Positions 26,901 through 39,144 of a stretch of DNA of 64,000 nucleotides are shown here, one piece after another. The notes below the pieces were generated by a model that worked only from the letters and a program-made list of their open reading frames with translations, searched no databases and was not told where the DNA came from. Within the stretch, counting starts at the first letter, position 1. Every line of letters begins with the position of its first letter. Position numbers and translations under genes: made by a program. This DNA comes from Bugula neritina (Eukaryota > Animalia > Bryozoa): contig OZ037767.1 in the NCBI GenBank assembly GCA_964035545.1, forward strand, positions 29,156,628 to 29,220,627. The letters run 5' to 3'.

Positions 26901-29900
26901 ATGAGCTGTCAAACGTCAGCCCTGGTGGAGACTGTCAGCATAAACTATGAAGACTTTAATGACAGTTTCTTGACCTGCAGTACTTGTCTCAGTCTATATG
27001 ATGGAGTTGAACATCCACCCAAGTTGTTGCCTTGTTCCCACACTGTAGGTCTACTTTATTATACACTATATACTTCACTATACACTATATATACTAAAAT
27101 ATACTTCACTATACACTATATATACTAAAATATACTTCACTATATACTATATATATCACTCAATACTAAGATATACTCTCATCATATGTAAGTCATCACT
27201 CAAACACGACACCACACACCCTTTTGGCAGTATGCATTAGCCAATTCTCCCCACACGCTGCTATGATCGATGTCCATGTCTTCTATGACGTAACTTGGCT
27301 CTCTGCCAATCTTGCAGATTTCTTGTCATACCATCTTAGTTGTAGCTGCTGGTATTAGCCTCAGGTCTGTGTGTATTTCAGATTAACTCCTGTAACACCA
27401 CTACTGCTCACTGTGTGCTGTGGGATTACACGTACTTCAACTCCTGTATAACAAATAGAGTTGCATATCCCAGTGTGGCTAAGTGTTCTACTTATGAGTA
27501 ATTATACAGTGACGTTATACCCCCTCCCCCTCCTTGTTATACCCCCTCCCCCTCCTTGGCCGTATCAGTTCACTCTACTGGCATACTTGATAGTTTGAAA
27601 TATGTAACACAAATACCGGTAGCACTAGTTGTATCTTGTTTCTTGCTTGTTCAAGTTTTCTCGACAGTTCACTTTTTCTACCTCTTTGGTGTAAGAGTTG
27701 CTGAGTCAACAACATTCCGGTGTTTTCTTATTGGCCTGGATTTTTCATGTCTTGAACTGGCCGAAGCTAAACTTTGATCCATACATGGGAAGCTAGTGAC
27801 TGGCATGAAATTGTCAGAAATTAATGGTAGTATGAGATGAAATGTAATTTGGAGAAGATTGCCATAACTAATAGGAAATACTGCAGTGTGTGAGATAGTT
27901 TTATGAACATACGGTGCTATAGTGCAGCTCCAGGGTGTAATTTGTGGAGCAAATGCAGCAGTAGCTGACAGAATGTGGCAAGAAACTGCTGCTGGTTGGT
28001 AGGTGTAAAGTAGGCAGCATACTGTAAATACTTGGTAAAAAGAACATTCTATTAGTTGTTGTGCTGCCGGGATAAAAAGCAGCTGCTTTGTTTATGTAAA
28101 AGAAATGTAATTATTTACATTATATATATATTTGTGATAATTGAAATATTATATCGCTTATAATCAAGGATGTTGATACAAAATGTTAGAAATAGTTGTG
28201 ATACTATTTTGCAGTCATATTCTTTCTATTCAGGATCTTTAGTAAACCTAGTTATATCAAAGCTCTAATTCCAATAATCAGTTGTAATTAAATAAATTTG
28301 CTAATTAAATCAATCTGTAATTTGGTTCCTAACTCCTACTTGTCATGGTGGTAGCAATTGACTACTGTAAGAAAGCCCAGGCTTTCATGACCAGTAAATC
28401 AGGAGTGAGTGGTTGATATACTGCAGTACCACCATCTGACATGTTGACACCCCTTCATTGTACTTGCAGGTGTGTGCTAGTTGTCTGGAGAATATCATCA
28501 GTAACAACTCTGTGGATGTGAACTCTATACGATGTCCCATATGTAGAGAATCCATTACTTTACCTCAAGGTGTGTTGTCTCCCCTGCATGTGTACTCTTT
28601 CTGTTTTACAAGTACATCCTGTCCAGTTTTAATGGCTAGAGTTATAAATAGACACGGATGGTTTTGAGGTTTATTAGTTTCATTTGAACTTCATTTTGGG
28701 TTTCTAAAGTAGAAGAGTACAGTTATAATGAACTAGGAATGTTTGTATAAAGTGTGTTGACCACATTTGAGGCAGCTGCAAGCCACGGCAGCTGTGTACT
28801 ATTGTGTCACAACCCAGGAATATCTGCCTATGCAGCTAATACTCAATTACCTGGAAATTCCTTTGGCTAGCACTGGTTGGCAGGTGAAGCTTGGCATGCC
28901 TCCTCATTATTATAATAATATCCTCTGTTATAACATAATTTATGCTGCCAGGAACCTGCTGTACGTCTGCTGCCAGAATAATCATCCTCAGTAGTCAACT
29001 TTTGACCCACCATCCTTACTAGGGGTAGTCTTAGCACCACTGGGAACTGAGCTAATCTATGGGGGTGGGGGGGGGGTCTGGGAACTAACTGTCACAAGTT
29101 GTGATGAGTAACATCATCGTATCCATCTACACTTGCAGTAGAAGTCTTTCACCCCCCCCCCTTCTAGACATCAGTTTTTCTTTCTAGTTGTTCAGAATTT
29201 CAGTTTAGAAATATAACATTTAGTTCTAAAACCAAGGCTATTATTATGAAATAGCTGTAGTCAGCCGTGAATAAATATTTGCTGTTGTTTACCTTGGAGA
29301 CAGGTGTAATAGACAGGTAATGCGCTCCCAGGTAAACTAGAAGCTGTTATATAAATCAATAAGATACTCTGAAGATAGGAGAGTCTCTTGAGGGTTTACA
29401 GAGCAGTGTGTGAATGTCATGGGCACTGGGAATACTTCATCCCCCCAGCTACTCAGCTAGCTGGGATATCTCACCATCTATTCAGCTAGCTGGGTTATCT
29501 CACCATCTACTCAGCTAGCTGGGATATCTCACTATCTACTCAGGTAGCTGGGATATCTCACCATCTACTCAGTTAGCTGAGACAGGTTCCCTCTTGAGAT
29601 GAAACATTCCCACATCTCAATGTTTGAAGTACTGATTGAAGGAAATCAACAGTTTCCAAAGTAGTAATATTCCACTTTATTACTGCCAGTATCATGGGCA
29701 GACAACTACTACAACAGTAGTGGGTGGCTGGAGGTAGCTTAGTTACATCAGCTGTTAAGGTCAAAGCAATTAATGTTATGAGGCTTGTCTGTTGCTGATA
29801 ATTCTTTCACTGTTTTGTGGGGCATTTATTAGTGCACTTAGCACTCCCATAACCCAAGCCCACGTTAAATAACTGCTTTATTCTCACTTAGCAAGACACA

Positions 29901-32900
29901 GGAACCCAATTATCTGAAAAACCTAACTAACAAAGGTATATTCTGTTAGGCATAACAAATCAATTTCTTAATGGCAAGGGCTCCATTGTGCAAAGCATTA
30001 CCAAATGTTACTGTTTCCACTGTGACTTCGTGCACAAGTTTATAAATATTGAGAGCCAATATCCAGCTTAACCTGCTCCTTGGAAATGTAGACTGAGCTC
30101 TTTACCTGCCCCTTGGCAATGTAGACTGAGCTCTTTTTCCAGCCTTTAATGTTATGTTTGTTGGAAATCTGGAACTTTGATGATGATTAATAGAAGTTTG
30201 ATAAAAAAATCTATCAATTGCTAGAACTATAAATACATTTTAACTTGTCTAGGGACTACCTAAGACATCATCAAAACTCTGACTGTATTAGACAGTATTG
30301 TTCAGCTCAGTGTTTAATTTAGTACTTCAATATATATACAAACTACACAATACATTTTTCATCTCTCTAACTTTTATGCCTCATACTTCAGATCCTAAAA
30401 ACAGGTCTGTTAGAAACTGCTCCAGTTTGTTGCTACTTCAACTTTGTTGCCGGTTAAGATTTCATACCCCCTTATCCCCCTTACCTGTCCTTCCTCTAAA
30501 CCCTCGGACTGGAAGGGTTACCTGCCCCCAACCCTCAGACTGCTCCTAATATTTGCTGCTGATATACTGTTGTTCAACTTTTCTGCTGGTTACACTAAAT
30601 ATTGGACATAGCATTGTTCTGTGGATTTCATCATGTAAGGATTATCTGCAGCCGGTCATTATGCTGTCTCTACTGGGTCACTTTGTCTTGCTGCCACAGC
30701 TGTGTACATGTAGACTGAATTTAGATTAAGTTTGCTAAGAAATGTCTGGTATGGGCAGTTGACTATCACTTTACCAGTGAACTCAGGTACATTTCACCTG
30801 TGGTCCACCTTTCTTATACCTCAGGCTGCTGCTAACAGATAGTCACACGGTCAGATCCTTGTCAGCACATTCCCTACATATTATATTATAATCATAATGC
30901 TATTAGCAGGATGTTTTCTTGCCCTTAGGGTTATTCTAAACATGGTACAAGAGTCCTGTTGCAAGATCTAGACTAAAATAGTAAAGTACCATTTCAGGTG
31001 GGGTGTCTGCGTTCCCTCCCAGCTTTCTGGTTAACCAGCTGTTGGATCTTATGGCTAGACAGAGAAGAGAAATCGTACCTAAATGTGCCACGCATATGAG
31101 TCAAGAGCTGCTTTTCTGCGAGACTTGCGATATGATATTCTGTATCATGTGTGAAGGTAACGATATGATATTCTGTATCATGTGTGAAGGTAACGATATG
31201 ATATTCTGTATCTTGTGTGAAGGTAACGATATGATATTCTGTATCTTGTGTGAAGGTAACGATATGATATTCTGTATCATGTGTGAAGGTAACGATATAA
31301 TATTCTGTATCATGTGTGAAGGTGACGATATGATATTCTGTATCATGTGTGAAGGTGACGATATGATATTCTGTATCATGTGTGAAGGTGACGATATGAT
31401 ATTCTGTATCATGTGTGAAGGTGACGATATGATATTCTGTATCATGTGTGAAGGTGACGATATGATATTCTGTATCATGTGTGAAGGTAATGATATGATA
31501 TTCTGTATCATGTGTGAAGGTGACGATATGATATTCTGTATCATGTGTGAAGGTAATGATATGATATTCTGTATCATGTGTGAAGGTGACGATATGATAA
31601 AACAGTTGCACTAACTTACTCTGAGAATACTTCTTTACATCTAAAAAGCTACTATAAATACTTCCCATCATGTGATGTTGTCATTTCTATCACAGAATGC
31701 TAGACTTTGATACATGCTATTGGAATTATCTACTCTTTGAGGGACTAACTATAGCCTTAGGACTCATCAGCTCCTTTGACTTTTGCAGGGTCGGTGCACG
31801 GAGGCACTCATACTGTCATACCATTTTCTATAGCAATAAAAAGGATGTCAGAGATACTGATATATAAAGCTCAAAGCTGTGTACATAACCTCAACTCTGC
31901 TCAAGGTAGTAAGACAATACACTGTGTAGTAACAGTAGTAATTACTATTAATTAGCTGCCAGTCTTGGCACACAGGGTTAGGTTACTGCTACCTGTTCTC
32001 AACCTCATGGCAGGCCGACTAATGTCACCTATATTTATCACAGAAATTTAATTAATTGCATTTTTTATCAGTGAACTTTGGCAAACTGTCAATAGGGATA
32101 TGGCGTGACATTTGAGGCATGGTAGCTGCGATGATAAGGAGATTTTTAATTGAAAAGCCATTCACTATCAGTGATCGTATTTATTCACAAACACAATGCA
32201 TGGTACAATAGTAGCGTGGCCTTGAGGTATTGTGTGTTGTAGCTTTTAACTACTAAATATACTATATATAGTAATTGTTTGCTGTATTGATTGCAATCAG
32301 CTGATACTTATTGAAAAACTCTATCAATAAAATCCTCCACCCTTTGGCTGTAATGAAATACCTACTAATTACATCTTTTACTAATCCCCATGTGTGCATG
32401 TGTCCACCTCATAATTGTGTAAATGCCTCTGTAGGCACTATTTGGTAACAAGTGCCTGCTTGTTATTGTCACTTGGTGGCACTTTGCTGACACCACACAG
32501 TCAGTGGCTGTGCTCTAGATGATGGTACACTACTACATGGTAACCAGCTGGAGTATTATAACATGGCAGGTGTCAAATGGGGTTTATATTTTTTGCACTA
32601 GAACATCCGGGCAGGCCAGCGGTCAGTGTAATCTTTCAAATCTGTGGAAAATCCAGTGTTATTGTATGACGTTAGCTGGATGTGATCAATTACTAGCTGG
32701 TACAGTGATGTCCAGGGTTTACATTGCTTAAGGTCAAGATCATAGCTGTTTAGAGAAACATTCAGATACACTTTAATTAGTTACAAAATGCTGTAGCTAC
32801 ACTTGTATATACACAGTATTGTAGTGATACATGTAGTTACACAGGTACTGTAGTATTGTATTATAGACAGTCCCATACTCTCTGTTATAGATAATGTAGC

Positions 32901-35900
32901 TACGGAACTGGACAAACTGGAGGTCAACTCCAAGGCTGCCATAGACGCAGCTAACCAATCATTTGATGCGTTACAAGCTTTAATAAACAAACGTAGGCAG
33001 GAGGTACTGGCCAACATTGAGAATATTTGTGGTCAGAAAAAGCGAGCTTTTAGAGAACAGCAGCAACTTATTGAGGCGGAGAAGGTGAAGGTCGAACGGG
33101 ACTGTGAAGGTGTGTTGAGCTCTGTTATTGGCTGATAAAAATTGTGTTGAGCTCACTCGTTGGCTGATACAAAGTTTTCAAAAATTAACCAATTTTAGGT
33201 GAAAATTGTATTTAAAAAAGTTGTTTCAGTAAGAAAGTAGAGTTTCCTTTTTCTACTTGTTCAGGAAAGATAACTCTACAACGCTATACTTTTCTCATAT
33301 TATAGATAAGAATTAGTCGTTTAAGTTACTCGATCAGCCTGTTGTATCATTTAAAATAAATTAATGGCTTAGCGGAAGTGGGAAATTAAGGGGCTCTTTG
33401 ATTTGCAGAAATTTTTAAGATGACGTATTGGTGTTCTTTTAAAATAATTTCCCTTTTCTTTCATGTAAATTCAATATCTTAGGTTCAGCTCAATATGTTT
33501 ATTCATTTTGAGTTGACTTCTTTTTAATGTAATGCATGACATTCAGTTGACCTTCAGCTATTCTAAACACGTGTAGATAAATGTTTTATAATTTGAACTT
33601 GGCATCTGGATATTGATATCGAATTCCACGAATATATTAAATACTTTGTCATGCTGATTGATGGGCTCCTAGAAATTGACATATGTCTGCTTTTTTCTTC
33701 TAAAAATAAAACCAGACATATAATTAGAAGTCAGCAAAGTTTCAACGTACATGAATACAGCTGCTTGCATGCTCCTAAACTACGTGCTATTGTGATATTT
33801 TATTTAGTATTTAAGAGAGAATGTAAGTATAAAAATATAAAGTGATTGGAAACTTTGAATATGAAGTTGCCTTCCCTTTCTATTGTTTTATCTTTATTAG
33901 TTAGATCTCTCTCAGATTTACTCGCATGCATGCTGCTAGTTCCACAGCGAGGACAACTCTTAATTTGAGTTTCTCTGATTATTGTTATTATTTACTGCTG
34001 CGTATGCCTTTCACTAGTCCGTTTACATCTCACCTGATTGAATGGCAATAGCTAGGAGTTATCACACCTTCTCATACGAAACTAAACAATCACATACTAC
34101 TTGGAAGTTATTACAATGATTAGTATGTTTATTAGATGTTCTTTAGAGGTTGTTGTTTCACTACTTCAAAGGAAATATGAGTATTTGTTTTTCACTGATG
34201 AACACATTCAGCTTTTGCCGACTGTTTATATTATAATTATTATTGCGTGTGCGTGCGCACACACAATAATATATATGCAATTGTGATATTGTAGAATATT
34301 ACAGAACCACTTGTTGGTAGTTTGAGAGTTTCAGCAGTTGGTTATAAGAGTCGTGTTATCTTGCAGGTTTGGAATCCGAGATGGAGGTCCGACACATCAC
34401 CAAGAAGATTGCGGATTTGAATGAGAGACTGGATGCGACATCCATGTTGGCTGAGCCCCGAGAGAACGCCTTCATTATGTACCAGTGGGAGGGGCAAATG
34501 GAGCAGCTTATTTCTTCTTTCACTTCGTTTGGCAAGGTAACGTCTCAACTATATGATAAGTGTGAACAGCTGCTAAGGTCGGACAGTGTGATGTATAAAC
34601 GGATTGTGAGAAAATTTGAACTAAGCATTTGGCTAGTCAAGACCAAATTAGTGGCTACCAACTTGTTTCTAATAGTAGGTCTATATTGGATCTAAGGCTA
34701 ACAGTAGCTGCAGCCTTAGGTTACTAACTCAACTCAGGACTAAACACCGAGTTACAAAGGGAGGGTATTATTCTAGTAAACTTGTAGAAGTAGGCAAATT
34801 CTAGTAATTTCTACTAAAGTGTAGCCTGTGTTCTACAGATTAGAACAAGTTCAACATTCCCCGCCTTGTGTAAGGCTGAGATTGGACCATCGACTACATT
34901 CCTCAAGTCGGAGGTTCTGGTCTCCACTATCGACTTTAATGGCCGACCGAGAGTGGACGGTGGTGACCCTATAGACATCGTTCTCAAGGACTCTAATGGC
35001 GACGAGTGCCACTACCAGCTCACGGACAAGGAAAATGGTATGTAGTTATGTACTCATTCTAAGGAAGAGCAACTCCTGATACTGTATTCCGAGTTTTTCA
35101 ATAAATTCAATCCATTGATGGAAATGATTTTAGAATGAGGCATTTATGAAACATTTTTATTTTTTGCATAATGCGAGTTTAAACCATATGCATACCTCTT
35201 GTGATGTTTTATGTTGAGTTTTAATGTGTGCCACCTGCAATATAGTTTCAGATTGATTTATTATTCTTGTGGAATTCTTTTTGATAGCAAATTTATGTGC
35301 CAATCTGGTACCTGTACTGCTACAGCTTTTTATATATTAGTCTGAGAAATCCTAGTCTAGCCCCTGTGAACTGCTGAACTCGGCTTGTGAAGCTATTTAT
35401 GTGCTGTAAGGGGTCATAAACCCTGCCAGCAAATTGTCAATGTTTCTAAATGCGGTGACACCTCTCTGTATAGGAGAGGGAAGATAAATGCGGGTGTCAG
35501 CTGTATTATGTAATAGATCTTGGGCTGCCACCAGAGTTCAACTAGTCTTTTGCTGTTCAATTTTGTCACACTTTTTCTGTATTTGGAAATATTTGATGCT
35601 TCACCTTTATGTTGTTTCATTACTTCCAAGTTGAAATGCAGCTGCTTTTAGATTTTGTGAATTCAAAAAAAATATGTCATGTTTGAGCAATTCCACTTTC
35701 TCACTTTTAGGGACGTACTCGATATCCTATATGCCTCACGTGCTTGGCACTCACTACCTCAACATATCCATATTTGATAGAGCAATACGAGGAAGTCCTT
35801 TTGAACTGGAGGTAGGGACAACTATAGCAGTGTGCAACTTTGAATATTGCTAGAATAAACACCTACAGGTTTTTTGGTAACAGGATATATCTTACCATAT

Positions 35901-37877
35901 ATTTCTAATGGTTTTTAAATATATGACTTTGATTTTTTGTCTATAATTTTAATATAATGTTCTTTTTATCTTTTAACTGTAACTTATGTAGTTAAGCGTC
36001 ATGATAATTAGAACGTTGGGAGTTGTTATCTCTTAAAATGTTTCCCATTGATCTCTTTGTATGCTGTTGAGTTGTTATTTGCAGGTAACTCCTCACATTA
36101 GCCCCGTCTCTAAAGTTGGTGGTAAAGGCAACGGGTTTTTAGACTTCAGTCAGCCTACGAGTGTAGCCATAGATCCTTGCGGTACTTTGTATATATTAGA
36201 CACGGGTAACAACCGTATCAAACTCCTAGGTGCTGATGGGTCGTTCATTGGTCACATGACCACAGATGGGTTGGAGAAGCAGGGTTGTACAGGTAGGTGG
36301 GGGAATAACTCCCATATTCAGTGTTTTCACTTACTATTACTTCATTTCTAATACTTCTTATGGCTAGCTCTTTCTCTCTCTCAGGTATTTTTTTCTCTCT
36401 CTCACAGGTATTTCTTTCTCTCACAGGTATTTCTATCTCTCACAGGTATTTTTCTTTCTCTCAGGTATTGCCATCACTCCTTGTGGCACACTGATGGCAG
36501 TAAACTGGCGCACGAAGCTCATCACAGAGTTGGATAGAGATGGCAAAGTGGTCAAACAGTTCACATCCCCGGAGCTGCAGCAACCAACCTGCATTGCTGT
36601 CAGCTCCAACTCTGATGTCATCATAGCTGACAACACTGCAGAGTGTCTCTTTATATTCGACCATATTGGCAGGTGAGTGATCATATTGGCAGATGAGTTG
36701 ATCTATACGTATTGCTCAACAATTCCATCAACTAACTATGGAATTGTGCCTACAATGTAGTGAAGCAGTGTAATCTAATAGGTTTCATACTATGATAGTT
36801 TCTTTTTATCACAAACTCTTTTATATTTCTAAGATAAATCACCGAAGTTAAGTAGACTAAAATTCTTTTCATTATTTTCTGAAATATTTCAATTGTTAAA
36901 GAGCTCTCTTCTCAACATCTTTGCAAGGTTTGATTTTTCCAGTTCCCCATAATGCATTGCTTATTGATAATACAAATACCCATAATACATTGCATCACCG
37001 CTCATGTGACTACCCATAGTACATTGTATTACCACTCGTGTGACTCATGTGACTCATGTGACAGGTTGAAGAAGAAGGTGTACAAGGTGCTAAAGGAGGA
37101 TGGTTCTACTTACGTACTCAGAAATGTCTCTGGTCTCACAGTCGCCCCGAATGATGACATTCTCGTTGCTGACAATCACATTATCTCCTTCAGTCCTGAC
37201 GGAGCGTTTAAAGTAGGCAGCACATGTAATACTCAGACAGCAATGTGACGTAATTTATGTTGATGCTAGTGCATGTATAATACTTCTATAGTACTCATAT
37301 AATACTCATATAATACAAGTTTAATGGTTCATTTGTTATTTTTCACAACATGAAATTTATGTGGATACTTTTAATTTTTTCAGGAAAAAATATTATTATC
37401 ATGACTTTTTAGTACTGATTTTTAAAACTACTGATATTTTTCAAGTTTGTATAAGTTTTAGTCCTGGTTATGCAGGAATGGAAAGATTAATTCACATTTA
37501 ATGGTTGTTGAACAGTATTGGAAAATTATTGTGAATTTCAACAAATTTTTGTGATTATCAATCATAGCAACATTATATATACTAAGGGTTGTGTTCCCCT
37601 GTTGTAGCGGACAATCACCAATCCTCCTGTGAAAGGCAAAGCTGGAGGTTTCTACTCTGGCATAACTGTTGACGTACACGGGAACATACTGGCCACTAAG
37701 ACGGAAAGGGGGCGTGCATGTGTTGAAGTGCATCGTATTCAAGATCACATCCTCTTTTACATAGACTCATTTTCTGACAAACTGAAGAGGCCGGCTGGCT
37801 TGATAACCACCCCCGACTATCATGTGTATGTCTGTGATCTCGGCAATGACTCTCTCAAGAAATATAAATACCGATGA
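26901..37877 (+). CDS. TRIM2/3-like TRIM-NHL E3 ligase (RING, B-box, coiled coil, filamin, NHL). Exons 26901-27044, 28470-28569, ~30998-31156, 31789-31905, 32891-33109, 34367-34536, 34839-35037, 35711-35811, 36085-36292, 36465-36672, 37064-37212, 37608-37877
   Basis: 'LVETVSINYEDFNDSFLTCSTC..PKLLPCSHT|VC..C..CPICR' (RING), 'PPSFLVNQLLDLMARQRREIVPKC..H..LFCETC' (B-box), filamin-like 'GTYSISY.P..G.H.L.I.I....IRGSPF' and NHL repeats. Confidence 0.92.
27061..27152. repeat. AT-rich ~32-bp tandem repeat right after the TRIM exon 1 donor
   Basis: ATACACTATATATACTAAAATATACTTCACT-type units. Confidence 0.8.
29449..29579. repeat. 29-bp intronic minisatellite x~4.5
   Basis: Unit CTACTCAGCTAGCTGGGATATCTCACCAT. 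Confidence 0.92.
31129..31599 (+). repeat. 33-bp x14 tandem repeat of the B-box exon end plus 5' splice site
   Basis: Unit GATATGATATTCTGTATCATGTGTGAAG|GT(A/G)A(C/T), encoding DMIFCIMCEG(N/D) in frame. Confidence 0.97.
36371..36469 (+). repeat. ~19-23-bp x5 tandem repeat of a 3' splice site plus the first exon bases
   Basis: (Y)n CAG|GTATT with AG ending at 36384, 36407, 36426, 36445 and 36464. Confidence 0.9.
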
Positions 37878-39144
37878 AGAAGGTCTTCAGTCATGTTGTG
37901 ATTGTGGTGATAACTGGGTGTCTCTTTCAACCAACAAACAAACATAAATCAAACTTGTTACGCAATCTACTTGGATTTTCTGAGAAAAAATAGTATATAT
38001 AATGTATAGCAAATGGTGCCATAAAAATAATATTCTCTATTTATTTTAGTTATGACTACTTTGTATATAGTTTAGTTTTTGTATAATATTCATTGTTTGC
38101 ATCTGCTATGGTAGGTGCTCTGTAGAATTACTTGAAGCAATAATATATTATTAGTTACAGTAAGATTACTTTGTTAAACTTTTTGTTCAGGTAATGGTTG
38201 ATGCATATTCTGCACTGAAATTATTATTAATAACTTATAATACAATCTTACTGAAACTCTACTCATTTTACTATTTATAGCTTATAGTTTCAAATTGACT
38301 GGCCTGTATTTCAATTTGGTTATGTTGAGCTTGTGAAGCAATGTTGGTTGATGCATTATATATAGAATGCGTGTTTACTAGATGCACGTTTAGATATACT
38401 CACTCCAATCCCCAACTTGTGAGATTGGTGTGTGAATCTAAATCTCAGGTTATTTTGTGCAACAATTCTTTTATGATTGTCTATTAAGGCTACAAATAAA
38501 GCTTTATAGTATTTCTTTTGACTCAATAAATTTATAGCAACATTCAAATTACATTATATTGTATACTTGATAGATTGATAAAATCACTTGCATATGATAC
38601 ATGGAAAGAAAATGCCAACAAAGCTGTTGGTATGTTCGTGCACTTCTTGCTACATTCAGATATTTCAGTTTATGAACCAAATCACATATATAATATATTT
38701 GTGTAGTTATGGTGCAGCTTTGAATATGTATAGTATTGGCATACTTATTGTGAAATAAATTTTATTTATTAAGAGTTGTGCTTTCTTGTATGCATCAACT
38801 TCGACGTAAAATTAGTTTAGTGGAATCACTAAGCGGTGTCGAGGACAACTGTGCTTGAAGCCTTAGTCTGAAGCGCTATTTGCAAATACGAGAAAATTCG
38901 TATTTAAGTATTATGCACGAAGCTTTATAACAGTAAGACCCAAGTCTAGAAATAAATTCGTTGTTTACTTCACTTGCTGTAAAAGTCACCGTTTGTAAAT
39001 GATTTAGTAAATTTATTATTATTAATAATTAATAGTTGTTATTGATTATAAAATTGAATTTTTTTGCAGAGGTTAGCCTTTCTTTTTAAATTTTTATTTT
39101 GTTTGATTTGGCATGGTTGTTGCTTATTAGTTATCAACATCAAG

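Noticed and set aside
31129-31599. CRISPR-like array, or separate repeat proteins on the minus strand (ORFs 30994..31671, 31101..31577)
   Set aside because: Units are contiguous with no unique spacers, the context is eukaryotic, and the antisense ORFs are by-products of a stop-free 33-nt unit.
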